From positions 34,651-98,650 of IMG/VR virus record IMGVR_UViG_3300035113_000077: a stretch of 64,000 nt of DNA; one strand, given 5' to 3'. Numbering within the stretch: the first letter of the stretch is position 1; each line of letters opens with the position of its first letter. The position numbers and the translations under genes were made by a program. The notes below the pieces were generated by a model, which ran no database searches, was not told the origin of the DNA, and saw nothing but the letters and a program-made list of their open reading frames with translations. Below, one piece after another: positions 29,784 through 39,657 of the stretch. This DNA comes from a virus.

Positions 29784-30317
29784 TTACTTTAATTTAATAA
29801 CTGTTAATCTAGCTAAGCCACCAATAAGAGAATCATTATGACCAGAAAATGCTCTTAAAACATCTCCTGATGAAAGTATCGTTGTATTTGAACAAGTTTC
29901 TACTAACGTTCCACTTGTGTTGCTTATAGTTCCCTCTTCATAGCAAAGAGAACTAGCAAAGTTTGGTTCATCATCATTTACAGTGACATTCATGATATTA
30001 GAAATACCAGAACTCCCAGTTGTGGCATTTCCATCAGTGTAGCTTATTGAATAAATCCCACTAGAATTTATTGTTAAAGTTGCACCATCAGTAGAGTTAT
30101 CAGCATAAGTTATATCTGATCCAACATTAATACTAACTGTAGTAAATCGCCTTACTCCTGATCCACTACCATTCCCATTTCCACCTCTAAGAATAATTTC
30201 TGATTCAAGACATGGAGCACTAGATTGGGCCATTACTTTTTCTAGCTCACGTGTTCCAAGTAAAGTAATGGTTATAGCCAAAATTACAATACTAATTTGT
30301 CGAAATACTTTCTTCAT
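29784..30317 (-). CDS. exported / membrane-anchored beta-rich protein
   Basis: N-terminal hydrophobic segment; LTINSSGIYSISY and LSSGDVLR resemble TNF/C1q-like fibre heads. Confidence 0.5.
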   Translation of the reverse strand: MKKVFRQISIVILAITITLLGTRELEKVMAQSSAPCLESEIILRGGNGNGSGSGVRRFTTVSINVGSDITYADNSTDGATLTINSSGIYSISYTDGNATTGSSGISNIMNVTVNDDEPNFASSLCYEEGTISNTSGTLVETCSNTTILSSGDVLRAFSGHNDSLIGGLARLTVIKLK

Positions 30318-30326
30318 TCTTTCTCC

Positions 30327-30620
30327 TTAGCGATAGTTATTGATTAAACTGCCTATTGTTCTGTACGTTGGATTGACACTTACTACTGCACGTCCGCCAC
30401 CAAATATTTTTCCCGATAGTTCAAGATTCTCCACAAGAATTTCTCTGCGTGCTGAAGCTTGCAATGATCTAGGCTTTCTAGGGTCATCTTGCAATGACAC
30501 TAAAGCTATTTCATTATTATCACCTTTGAAAGCCATCACTGTTCCTAAGCGAATCTTAGTACAATTGAATAGCTTTTCTTTAAATACTACTTGACTATTT
30601 ATTTGAATTCCATGATCCAT
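30327..30620 (-). CDS. hypothetical protein (possible SH3-like)
   Basis: GAGGTG RBS; 97 aa. Confidence 0.5.
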   Translation of the reverse strand: MDHGIQINSQVVFKEKLFNCTKIRLGTVMAFKGDNNEIALVSLQDDPRKPRSLQASARREILVENLELSGKIFGGGRAVVSVNPTYRTIGSLINNYR

Positions 30621-30630
30621 GAATCACCTC

Positions 30631-31131
30631 TTATCCAGTAACATTAATTTCGCCACCAACTACTGTTATATTCCAAGAAATAACTTGACCACCAGCATGC
30701 TCTGGCCAAATAGATTCTACGGAAGTTAATTCACCTGCATAAACAACTCCAATTACTCTAGGGTCTCTAAATACTGACATTGGATTCTGAAATGAAAATA
30801 AATCCATTTGACTAAGAACCCACGTATGAGAAACTTGCATTGTCGTTCTATTTAACTGCAACTGAGTTTCTGGATTTCCTCCTCTTCTACTTGGAGTTTC
30901 TACTACTATAGGTTGTGGAATAATTGGATAGTCAGTGTAACCAGCTTGTCCAGATAATGCCGTCCCACTTACTGAAACTGAAAATCCAATATCAGCAACA
31001 TCACTAAATTCATAGTCTGTTGTCTGCATCCTAACAGCAACTACTGTTCCTTCTCCAGTGAATTTCATGGTTTGATCGGTCATATATCTTGCACCGAATC
31101 CAAACCCCAAGGGTGCTGACATTCCACTCAT
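30631..31131 (-). CDS. putative head-closure protein
   Basis: Synteny after the connector; beta-rich, 166 aa. Confidence 0.5.
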   Translation of the reverse strand: MSGMSAPLGFGFGARYMTDQTMKFTGEGTVVAVRMQTTDYEFSDVADIGFSVSVSGTALSGQAGYTDYPIIPQPIVVETPSRRGGNPETQLQLNRTTMQVSHTWVLSQMDLFSFQNPMSVFRDPRVIGVVYAGELTSVESIWPEHAGGQVISWNITVVGGEINVTG

Positions 31132-31412
31132 TGAAATAATCCAATTTGTCTAGGATCTTTAGCTGCTGCCTGTCGCCTTTCTTCCTCTGTCATTTGTGAC
31201 CATTTCTTTTTGCTTGATCCTTTCTTTCTTCCGGAGCCTGGGCCACCACCTTTTATGTGCTTGAAATATTCCACCTGTCTTAATCTGCGTTTAGCACCTT
31301 CTTTTGATGGTTTACATCCAAGATTTTTAGATCTATCTTCTGACTTGACACAATATTCATTTCCTTCTTTTACCACTACACAATTAAGATCAATTGAAGC
31401 TTGTAAATTCAT
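31128..31412 (-). CDS. small basic GGPGSGR-motif protein
   Basis: TAATG coupling with the connector; YCVKSE..KNLGC...RRLRQVEYFKH then GGGPGSGRK. Confidence 0.6.
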   Translation of the reverse strand: MNLQASIDLNCVVVKEGNEYCVKSEDRSKNLGCKPSKEGAKRRLRQVEYFKHIKGGGPGSGRKKGSSKKKWSQMTEEERRQAAAKDPRQIGLFQ

Positions 31413-32203
31413 TAGACTGCAATTACCTTTTGGTAAGGGGCTAACCATTTCTTCACTGTTGGATCAACAAGATCTGGAGTAAAGGTAACATGAACTTTTC
31501 CAGCATCATAAGTTTGCACTGATGTAATTCCTCCTGCTCTTGCTATAAAGTTCTTAGCTAAAGCAGCACATGCATGCTTAACTCCCTTGGGCATATTCCT
31601 AGGATCATAGCCAGAATTGTAAATGCATAAAACCTCTGTATACGATGCCATCATTTGCCCAGCTGGCACCCATACTTCTCCTACTAGATCATAGTAGTCA
31701 GTCAATGAAACGTCTAAAGCTACAAACTGTGGGGGCCCACCAAAAAATGCCGCGACTTGCAGTATGTTTGCTGCATACTGAGAATCAGGATACACTTGAG
31801 CAGCACTTTTTCTTCCATAGCTATATCTGCCACTTATTCCAACAAATGCAGATAAATTTCCATTCAACTGATTCGTAGTATTCGGTAAAAAGCCAGTATA
31901 AAAATGATTTCCTGAAACTGCATTCAATCCAGATAGAGTTAATTGAGTTGTAGTATCTAATCCAGTTAATGGAGCATATGCTGTTCTAAAGATATTTCTA
32001 GATTCTGAAATTCCAATTCTTTCTGCATAGGTGGAATACACTAAAGAACCACCACCAGTTGCATCCACTCTTCCACATTCACTATCAATCAAAGTGCTTG
32101 CTGCATCAACAATTGTCATTATATTTGGCAATTGCTTGACAGATGGCAGATCAAAAGTTGCAATCTCTGCGTCTAAAAGATATCTGGGTTGAAAATCAAC
32201 CAT
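31412..32203 (-). CDS. head-tail connector / adaptor
   Basis: DAASTLIDSECG, YNSGY...PKGVKHAC, VKKWLAPYQ (SPP1 gp15 / HK97 gp6-like pattern). Confidence 0.75.
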   Translation of the reverse strand: MVDFQPRYLLDAEIATFDLPSVKQLPNIMTIVDAASTLIDSECGRVDATGGGSLVYSTYAERIGISESRNIFRTAYAPLTGLDTTTQLTLSGLNAVSGNHFYTGFLPNTTNQLNGNLSAFVGISGRYSYGRKSAAQVYPDSQYAANILQVAAFFGGPPQFVALDVSLTDYYDLVGEVWVPAGQMMASYTEVLCIYNSGYDPRNMPKGVKHACAALAKNFIARAGGITSVQTYDAGKVHVTFTPDLVDPTVKKWLAPYQKVIAV

Positions 32204-32703
32204 TAAACACCCACTATATAAGTACTATAATTAACAATGTCATGGATTGCGTCTTTACCTACATTAAACATTTTGGTTATCTGTTTTTGAGTGTATTTGC
32301 CAGTAGCATATAACTTTCTAATTTTTCTAACTTGTTTGGGTGATAATATTCTATTACTATAAATTGGAGTTACACTCGCTCCATATTTTACGCCATTCTT
32401 TACTGCATGATCTTTGTTTCCCTTGCTAGTAAGATACTCTAAATTCTTATAATGATTATCATACTTAATTAAATTTTTGTGATTAACTTCTTTTCCTTTA
32501 GGACATTTACCATGAAATACTCGTGCAACTAATCTATGAACTTTAGCCGTTGTATTGCTACCATCTTCTTTTGTTACCATTATATACTTATAGCCATTTT
32601 TATCGTCCCATTGTGTCTTTATCTTGTTTGTTATTGTATCTATAACACAACTACCATCATTTGTAACTTTTAATCCATATCCAGGTACTTTATAAAATCT
32701 CAT
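32203..32703 (-). CDS. HNH homing endonuclease (paralog 2)
   Basis: KVHRLVA..VNHKNLIKYDNHYKNLEY; IRKLYATGKYTQ. Confidence 0.9.
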   Translation of the reverse strand: MRFYKVPGYGLKVTNDGSCVIDTITNKIKTQWDDKNGYKYIMVTKEDGSNTTAKVHRLVARVFHGKCPKGKEVNHKNLIKYDNHYKNLEYLTSKGNKDHAVKNGVKYGASVTPIYSNRILSPKQVRKIRKLYATGKYTQKQITKMFNVGKDAIHDIVNYSTYIVGV

Positions 32704-32734
32704 AAAATTAATTCCTTCATCTAGTATTAAGTAT

Positions 32735-32756
32735 GAGGCCCCATTTCTGAGGCCCC
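32735..32756 (-). terminator. GC hairpin with GAAA tetraloop after the capsid gene
   Basis: GGGGCCTCA-GAAA-TGGGGCCTC; weak U-tract. Confidence 0.55.
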
Positions 32757-32771
32757 TTTAGTTTGTATTTC

Positions 32772-33761
32772 TTATCTGGTCGTTTTTATAGCTGCGTGCG
32801 CATAAGACGCACCCTTTGCGACCACTGCTCCGAATTTCAAGATGATAAACTGAGCAGCTAAATTACTAACTAATCCAAGTTGGAACACCCTTGGAATGGG
32901 CGATGTCAACCAGTGGTATTCTACAAACTCTTCCGAGATAATGAATCCTGTATATTGCTTCAATGCACCAGATGGTAACACTGACAATGCAGGATCAGGA
33001 ATTAAAGGTAATAGACCAATCTGAGTAGGAATGGCTTTTACAATAACTCCCGGAATTACTTCCACTTCGTTGTAGTACAATTGAACTGACTTGGCTTCCT
33101 GATCGAACAAATCTCCAAACAACGGGTTCAAATACATTCCCGATGGCTTGACCTCATAATCCGTTCTAGAAGCAATTGTAGCTACTTGAGTTTTTACACC
33201 ATCCACTAATGATCCAGAAGCGGAGATGGTGGCAATATGAGCGATTCCATTTACGTCAGCTGCTGACATGATCTGTCCAGAAACACCAAAGTAATCGTTC
33301 GATGTTTGCAGAACTAGATCAGTATCGGCACCTGTCCACAGGTTCTGATCGTGCAATTTCAACACGGCATCAACTTGATCTGTAAGATCTTTCGCTTCGA
33401 GATATGCGAACTGGCCCTGCTGCTGATTGACTTCCACATCGAAAATGGAGTAGTTAATTCCACTAACGATGGCTTTCAGCATCAAAGGTCTTTCCAAGCG
33501 AATCGGTTGTGATGCTGTAGTTGATAATGCACGAGGATTGGTTGTATTGGCTGAGCCAATTGCCGTCTGTTCGAAATAGCGAGACGGATGGCCAGTGGCT
33601 GGAGTTTGTGAGATGCGTTGTCCGAAAACGAATCTACGGCGAACCAGATCAAAAATTTCAGTCTGATAACGATTAATTTCAATTGCACCAGGCCCAAAGA
33701 AATCAGCGGCAGCGCCGATATCACCGGCGAAATGAGCCTGTACGATAGTTTTACCTGCCAT
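32772..33761 (-). CDS. major capsid protein (HK97 fold inferred)
   Basis: 329 aa directly after the protease/scaffold; followed by a hairpin; typical size and position. Confidence 0.85.
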   Translation of the reverse strand: MAGKTIVQAHFAGDIGAAADFFGPGAIEINRYQTEIFDLVRRRFVFGQRISQTPATGHPSRYFEQTAIGSANTTNPRALSTTASQPIRLERPLMLKAIVSGINYSIFDVEVNQQQGQFAYLEAKDLTDQVDAVLKLHDQNLWTGADTDLVLQTSNDYFGVSGQIMSAADVNGIAHIATISASGSLVDGVKTQVATIASRTDYEVKPSGMYLNPLFGDLFDQEAKSVQLYYNEVEVIPGVIVKAIPTQIGLLPLIPDPALSVLPSGALKQYTGFIISEEFVEYHWLTSPIPRVFQLGLVSNLAAQFIILKFGAVVAKGASYAHAAIKTTR

Positions 33762-33783
33762 TATCTTTTCCTCTTTTCTTCAA

Positions 33784-35328
33784 TTATTGTAACTGCCTGC
33801 GATCCATTTCTCCCTGCTCCATCAAATCTTTCTCCAGCAAATGATTCTTCATAGTCATTCTTTCCATTGGACTTAGTGTTACTTTAGACGATGCAAACAT
33901 CTCATCTACTTCAGCAACAGTTAGTTTACGCCCACTAGCTTGAAGTTCGTTAATATCAAAGCCACCCTTTTGCAGTAGCATCCTAACATCAGCAGGTAAA
34001 GCTTTTGGAGTCATAGTTTCCGTAAAGTTATCGACTTGAGCTTTTACTTCTTCTAATTCTGTTTCTAATTCTTTTTGTTTCTTAATTGATGCATGGAGCT
34101 TCTTGCGAGTTTTCTTTTCGCTAGCTTTTAAGGTATCAATTCGTTTAGTTGCAGATGCAGCAATCGATCGAACAGTCTTAATCACTGCGGCAGCGTTCAC
34201 TGATGTTTTGTGTCCCTTGCTCTTTGCATTTTTGTTTAATTGCCCAAGATCAGGATCAGCAGATTCTTCATCTGGACCTGCTTTAGTTCCCTTTGCCGGA
34301 GCACTAAGTTTAGCCAACTGACTATCAATATCGTCGTCTAAGCTGCTGGAGTCATCATCAGATGAATCATCGTCATCTTTTGCTTTCTTCGCTTTTACTG
34401 TTCCACCTTTTGCTTTTCCAGAAGATGAACTACTGGCACTTCCACTTGCAGCTGCAGCCAGTTCATCCTCTTCATCATTGCCTGAATCAGCACTAGCTCG
34501 AACAGACGATGCAGAGCTTTCAACAGCAGAAGATTCTTCACCAGCATTGATTGTTCCTGCAGCTTGAGACGCAGCCATTTCAGTAATTAGTTCTCCATGT
34601 TCTTTTACTGAAGCAGCAATTGTTTCTAGTTTAGCTCCAAATGGTTTCAGCCCTTCTGCCAAGCCATTTTGAACTGATTTTCCAATTGCAGTAACTAAGT
34701 TGCCCAGCGATCGCGATGAGCCGCTGAGGTTCTTTGATTTCTTTTTCTTGTCGCTCATTCTTACTCCTCCTATTAGTGATTGTAGTTCTCGCACAGCGGC
34801 CATTGCTGCTAGCGAAGTCTTTTGATAAGCTGCAGAGTTTTTGTATAACGCTGTAGCACCTGTAAAGCTAAAGTCTATTAATTTCCAAACATTATCGTTT
34901 TTATTTTTTACTAATACATTGGCCAATTCCATTGACATGCCAATATTAGAGCCTTTTAGTTCTTTTGCTGCTTCAGGGAAGTCCTTTGCGTAAATTATTC
35001 CACTACACTTTACTTGATTACCTTGAATCCATGCTTTTGTTATTACACCAACTTTATGTCTAGGATTATGTCCCTGAAGTTTATTAGGTTGATAGTTAAT
35101 TCCCATTCCTATCAATGAACCTAAATTCTTTTTTGCTATATCTTTAGGAACTAAAATTCTATGTCCATCTGCGCCGTTTGGTGGCCTCGTAGATGGCTCA
35201 TCTACTACTAAAAGAGTTCCAGTGAATTTAGATTTATTAGGATGCTCATCGCTGCTCTCTATCCCACATAGATCGCCACATTCAACAGCAACTGCAGCAT
35301 CAATTTCAAATGTAAGTAGTTTACTCAT
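33784..35328 (-). CDS. prohead protease-scaffold fusion, with internal scaffold start at 34758
   Basis: N-domain GH..RHKVGVITKAW...GMSME (herpes/HK97-like protease); GGAGG before the internal MSDKK; acidic/Ser-rich and coiled C-terminus. Confidence 0.8.
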   Translation of the reverse strand: MSKLLTFEIDAAVAVECGDLCGIESSDEHPNKSKFTGTLLVVDEPSTRPPNGADGHRILVPKDIAKKNLGSLIGMGINYQPNKLQGHNPRHKVGVITKAWIQGNQVKCSGIIYAKDFPEAAKELKGSNIGMSMELANVLVKNKNDNVWKLIDFSFTGATALYKNSAAYQKTSLAAMAAVRELQSLIGGVRMSDKKKKSKNLSGSSRSLGNLVTAIGKSVQNGLAEGLKPFGAKLETIAASVKEHGELITEMAASQAAGTINAGEESSAVESSASSVRASADSGNDEEDELAAAASGSASSSSSGKAKGGTVKAKKAKDDDDSSDDDSSSLDDDIDSQLAKLSAPAKGTKAGPDEESADPDLGQLNKNAKSKGHKTSVNAAAVIKTVRSIAASATKRIDTLKASEKKTRKKLHASIKKQKELETELEEVKAQVDNFTETMTPKALPADVRMLLQKGGFDINELQASGRKLTVAEVDEMFASSKVTLSPMERMTMKNHLLEKDLMEQGEMDRRQLQ

Positions 35329-35648
35329 TATTTTATAGCATTAAGATGATGGCTTAAATCACCAAGAGTTAATCCACCATTTTGTTTTATTCCAGCGTTC
35401 TTAATCCCAGTATGGCTCCACTCAGGATTTCTGCCATTAGGACCATGTTCAATTGTAACTTTACCATTTCCTGAATAATGGTGAGTAGTTACTCCATGCT
35501 TAGTTTGACTACCTTCATACTTATAACCATGTTGTTCTAACTTTTCGTGCCAACCACCTCTAGGTGCCCCTTCTGGTCGTCCGGAGCCTGGGCCTCCGGC
35601 ATGGAGTGTAGCTAATGTATACAATTGAGCAGCTTCTATGCAATTCAT
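35328..35648 (-). CDS. small GGPGSGR-motif protein between portal and protease
   Basis: LHAGGPGSGRP; translationally coupled on both sides. Confidence 0.6.
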   Translation of the reverse strand: MNCIEAAQLYTLATLHAGGPGSGRPEGAPRGGWHEKLEQHGYKYEGSQTKHGVTTHHYSGNGKVTIEHGPNGRNPEWSHTGIKNAGIKQNGGLTLGDLSHHLNAIK

Positions 35649-37576
35649 TTTCTTAATGCCTTCCTATCTTCAGGATTTAGTGATCTAGGAAATTTTGATG
35701 TTGCTTGATTTACTTTCAAATCATTTGCATTTCTGTATCTAGAGCTGTAGCGCGTGTTAATTGCCTTTTCTTGCCATGTTGGCCTATGTTCAGCTTTCTT
35801 GAATTTCTGTGCTTGATCTTTTTCATCTTGCCTAGAAACTTTAGCTGGCCTAGTATGAGCTTCTCCTTCTTCATCCATTTCATCTGCAACATCGAAGAAC
35901 TGTTTCAATTGCTGAGTTAATGTCTGCAGAATTCCTGGTGATTGCTGCTCCATTTGTTGGCCAAGCTCATCTGTCTCTGGAAGCAAATTGTTTTCTTGCA
36001 GCCACTCAATATCTTCGGGTGACATATCAGCAATATCGTCAGCAGTAAATGCAGAGCCACCAATTCCCATCCCAGTTCCTGTACCTAAGCTTCCACCTCC
36101 ACCACCTCCCGGTATTCCAGTTCCCATTCCTGTTGAACCACCATAGCCTCCACCAGCTGCTGCGCCAGTCGGTGGTTTGGCAGCCATAATCATCATCTGC
36201 ATTTGCCCGAATGATAATTTGCCCCATCCACCAGGCAATGGAGGCCTGCCATCATCTTCTCTTATTTCATCTGGAACTAAAGCATTCATTTGATACTTAC
36301 GTTGCTGAATAGTAGCTTTAGTTAACTGATCTGGGTCTTCGAGGCCGATGAATACAAATTCTAAATCTTCCCATCCCAATCTACGATGCAACACTTCATA
36401 AGTGTAGGCTTCGGATAATCTAATTGCCATTGGCACAACGGCACTTAGAAAATCCTGGTCGGACATGACTTTGCCCACTGCCTTATTTACATCTTGAGTC
36501 ATGTTTAGGGAGATTGGACTAATGTCGAAGGCAGCTCCAATGATTTTAATTTGGAACTCTTGCCAATCTAATAGAAGGTCATCAGGGTTGACAGCTTTGA
36601 TATCGATTACTTCTGGCTTTGGCATATTGGCAATCAAACTAATCTTCGACTGCCCTTCTAATTCGTTTTGAATGTAGCGACGAACAGTTTGCATATTCGC
36701 ATTCTGTTGTGCCGATGTCCACCAAAGCATTGTCTTATGAATCTGATCTGCACCAGCTTTACCGGCTGCATCTTGAGATCCAAGAAAATAATTTATTGTA
36801 TTGAATGCAACTTCCATCTTGCCTAATCCAAATGGAGTTGATGATCTGCTGTTATCTCTGATATAAACTAATTCTTTATCATAGAATGCAATGATTCCAC
36901 GTTCACCCTTTAGCCCAGTCATTTGAGCATAATGTGGTTTGATGTCTGCCATCGACTCAGTCCAATCAGCATAAATTCTAATTGTACTGCCGTCTACTGG
37001 CCACATCATAATTGGTCGTTCATAGCTAGGAGTTATTCTAGGTTCGAAGCATCCATAACCACCCAATAGCAAATCTTCCAAAACTTTCTCAGAGAAAGTT
37101 CTAAAACTATCTTGACGATTTGGTCGCTTAAAACATTTCTTAGCAATACGAATTCTTTTTTCTATTTCTGGAGTCAGCTCAACTTCATCGTCTTCTCTTA
37201 TTTCCCAAGGTAAAGTCATAATGATTGAGTTCTTAATTAAGTTTATGGCTCTACGTGGAATTGGAGTCTCGCTGAAGCGACGGAGGTTGTACGGGGTGTT
37301 CTTTAGGATGGGTTGGTTCAGACGGTGCAAAGATTCCGGAAGATATGGGTACTGCCAACTTCTTCTATCTATTATATCTAGCTTTCCTGCTGTTACAGCA
37401 TTTATTCTTTCTTTATGCTGTTGAATTGTCGATGGCCATAATTCTATAGGAGTACTTTTTAATTCTTGAGCATGAGCTACAGATAAAACTTTAATTACTT
37501 CTTTAATACGCAGTCTTTTTACAATACTGGCTTTTAAATCGTTATGCCAAGCTTTTATGTAATCAGTTATTTTCAT
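35645..37576 (-). CDS. portal protein
   Basis: KRPN..DSFRTF, WPVDGSTIR, PFGLGKME, AAFDISP, PDEIR...PLPGG (HK97-type); long Gly-rich/acidic tail. Confidence 0.9.
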   Translation of the reverse strand: MKITDYIKAWHNDLKASIVKRLRIKEVIKVLSVAHAQELKSTPIELWPSTIQQHKERINAVTAGKLDIIDRRSWQYPYLPESLHRLNQPILKNTPYNLRRFSETPIPRRAINLIKNSIIMTLPWEIREDDEVELTPEIEKRIRIAKKCFKRPNRQDSFRTFSEKVLEDLLLGGYGCFEPRITPSYERPIMMWPVDGSTIRIYADWTESMADIKPHYAQMTGLKGERGIIAFYDKELVYIRDNSRSSTPFGLGKMEVAFNTINYFLGSQDAAGKAGADQIHKTMLWWTSAQQNANMQTVRRYIQNELEGQSKISLIANMPKPEVIDIKAVNPDDLLLDWQEFQIKIIGAAFDISPISLNMTQDVNKAVGKVMSDQDFLSAVVPMAIRLSEAYTYEVLHRRLGWEDLEFVFIGLEDPDQLTKATIQQRKYQMNALVPDEIREDDGRPPLPGGWGKLSFGQMQMMIMAAKPPTGAAAGGGYGGSTGMGTGIPGGGGGGSLGTGTGMGIGGSAFTADDIADMSPEDIEWLQENNLLPETDELGQQMEQQSPGILQTLTQQLKQFFDVADEMDEEGEAHTRPAKVSRQDEKDQAQKFKKAEHRPTWQEKAINTRYSSRYRNANDLKVNQATSKFPRSLNPEDRKALRK

Positions 37577-38100
37577 GCTATTAAAGATTTATCTTTCCAA
37601 GTCTCATAATTTACAATTAAATTTATTGTCCTTTGGCACACTTTAAACATCTTAGATAATTGTACTTGAGTACATTTTCCAGTTGCATATAGCTTTCTTA
37701 TTAACTTAACTTTCTTCCAATCCAATTTAGATATTCCATGATTTTCTCCTGATACATCACCTAAATTTTTTCCCGGAGAATAACCATTTCTAACTGCGTG
37801 GTGCATATTTTCACTACGAGTAATCCATTCTAAATTCTTATAATAATTATTCTGTCTATTACAGTCAATATGATTTACTTCTAATCCTTTCTTATAACCT
37901 TTACAAAATACTAGAGCAACTAATCTATGAACTCCTACTATAGTACTTTTTCCATTATCTTTTCTAACACCTAAAAACTTATAACCTCGTTGTAAATAAA
38001 GTGTTCTTAAATTCTTTGTTATATTATCTCTTACATCACCATATTTTGTAACTTCAACTTGGTAACCTGGAACTTTATACCATTTAATTCCAATAGACAT
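37573..38100 (-). CDS. HNH homing endonuclease (paralog 3)
   Basis: VHRLVA..VNHIDCNRQNNYYKNLEW; KLIRKLYATGK. Confidence 0.9.
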   Translation of the reverse strand: MSIGIKWYKVPGYQVEVTKYGDVRDNITKNLRTLYLQRGYKFLGVRKDNGKSTIVGVHRLVALVFCKGYKKGLEVNHIDCNRQNNYYKNLEWITRSENMHHAVRNGYSPGKNLGDVSGENHGISKLDWKKVKLIRKLYATGKCTQVQLSKMFKVCQRTINLIVNYETWKDKSLIA

Positions 38101-38274
38101 AGTTATTTCCTTTTCTTACCATAAAGATACTCAAACGTTTATTTAAGATATTTATTACTTTCATTATGGAAAATTATAAAGGAAGGGAAATAATTAATTA
38201 AGAACGAAGCACTAATAGCAGATTTACTGTAGAATTAGGCCAACGACTTAGCACTTCAAGTAGCGGATAGGCAT

Positions 38275-38311
38275 AAAAATAGGGTCGCAGAGCTTTTATG
38301 CTCCACGACCC
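38275..38311 (-). terminator. intrinsic terminator separating the early/middle genes from the virion module
   Basis: GGGTCGTGGAGC-ATAAAA-GCTCTGCGACCC followed by TATTTTT. Confidence 0.8.
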
Positions 38312-39014
38312 ATTCTTTCAGTTACATCTTTTGTCTTGTTTGTTCTATTTTAATCGTTAGTTTTAGCCACAGATAATTCGCTGTCTTTTAGATCTTGTAA
38401 CCTTCTGTTTCTGCATTATGAATCTTATCTGATAGTTTCAAAGCTGATTCTAATTCAAAGTTGATTAATGCTTTTCGCAATTCTTTCTTAAACCTTTACT
38501 CCTCCAGATTTAATTCAATCTAGAGGATTTGATTTGTTCATAAACTATCCTTCCTTCTTTAAAAGTGTATCTAGAGCTATTGCCCTAAGCACCATTGTCT
38601 TTCAAATACTAATTATTACTGATTAGTACATTTAGTTAAAATACTTTTCTTATTAATTACCTTTTTGCAACCAATGCACTTAATCCCTTGCGTTCGAATT
38701 CCTCTGATTAAGTCTTTTAAATCAGATTCACTTCTCCTATCAAATCTATGAGTTGTTTGTCTTACTGTTTCTTCAATTGTCATTTAATCCTCTTCATCAC
38801 TTGCTGTCGCTTCATGAATTACTATTCTTTCGTTTAGCACTTTATTAAAAGAAGTTCAAAGTTTTCTTGAGCCTCTAAGTACTTTCTCCACAATTGATTG
38901 TTTATTCGATATTTCTTTCCAGTAAATCCTTGATGAGCTTTTGGCACTTTTCTAACTACCTCTCTACCGATAAAATCATCATTCATAAATACTGGAATAT
39001 TTCTAGCCATACAA

Positions 39015-39299
39015 TTACTCCTCTTTCTTCAAGTGCTTAAATATCTTTCCAGCCACTTCAGTCATTTTAACTGGCTTCTTTCCCATAACAGCTGCTAGCA
39101 ATTTATCTTTTTCCACATGAATGATTCTTCCATCTTTCTTGTCTTTCAACTTATGCTTCTCTGCATACTTCCAGAACCACTTAATTGCTCCACCACGAGA
39201 GAGCCTTTTTTCACCACTTACTTCACGAAGCTCCGAAGAGCACCGCAATGGAATTTTCAATGCCGATCCACGACCACTAATTTTCTTTTCTTTACTCAT
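39015..39299 (-). CDS. SWIB/MDM2-domain protein (own RBS; in frame with upstream ORF to 39656)
   Basis: SSELREVSG...LSRGGAIKWFWKYAEKHKLKD..DGRII..DKLLAAVMG..VKMTEVAGKIFKHL; AGGAG before ATG 39299. Confidence 0.85.
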   Translation of the reverse strand: MSKEKKISGRGSALKIPLRCSSELREVSGEKRLSRGGAIKWFWKYAEKHKLKDKKDGRIIHVEKDKLLAAVMGKKPVKMTEVAGKIFKHLKKEE

Positions 39300-39657
39300 T
39301 TGTTTCTCCTTTAGTTTATTAAATAGTCTAATATCAATCTGTAAATAATTCTCACAACATTCACAACCATTCCATACTAAATTCTTTTTCGCCCAATTAT
39401 AAACTATCTCATTTAGTTTCTTTTCTACTTTTGTCGAAATTCCAAATTGCCTTATCCCATTGAATGTGTATTCATTCAATTTTGCACATAAGAAAATTTG
39501 TAATGAACAAGGTTCTTGAGTTACTTCAGAATAGCAACCACAAGAGTTTATAAACTCAATTGCTTTATTTTCAAATCCTTGCTTAGGTGCATACTCAGCG
39601 CTTTTTATAACTTTCTTTATACATCTAAGTAAGTTATCTTTAATTTGTTGTTTCATT

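Noticed and set aside
38312-38560. tmRNA or other structured ncRNA upstream of the terminator
   Set aside because: No tRNA-like ends or convincing structure; could be tiny ORFs
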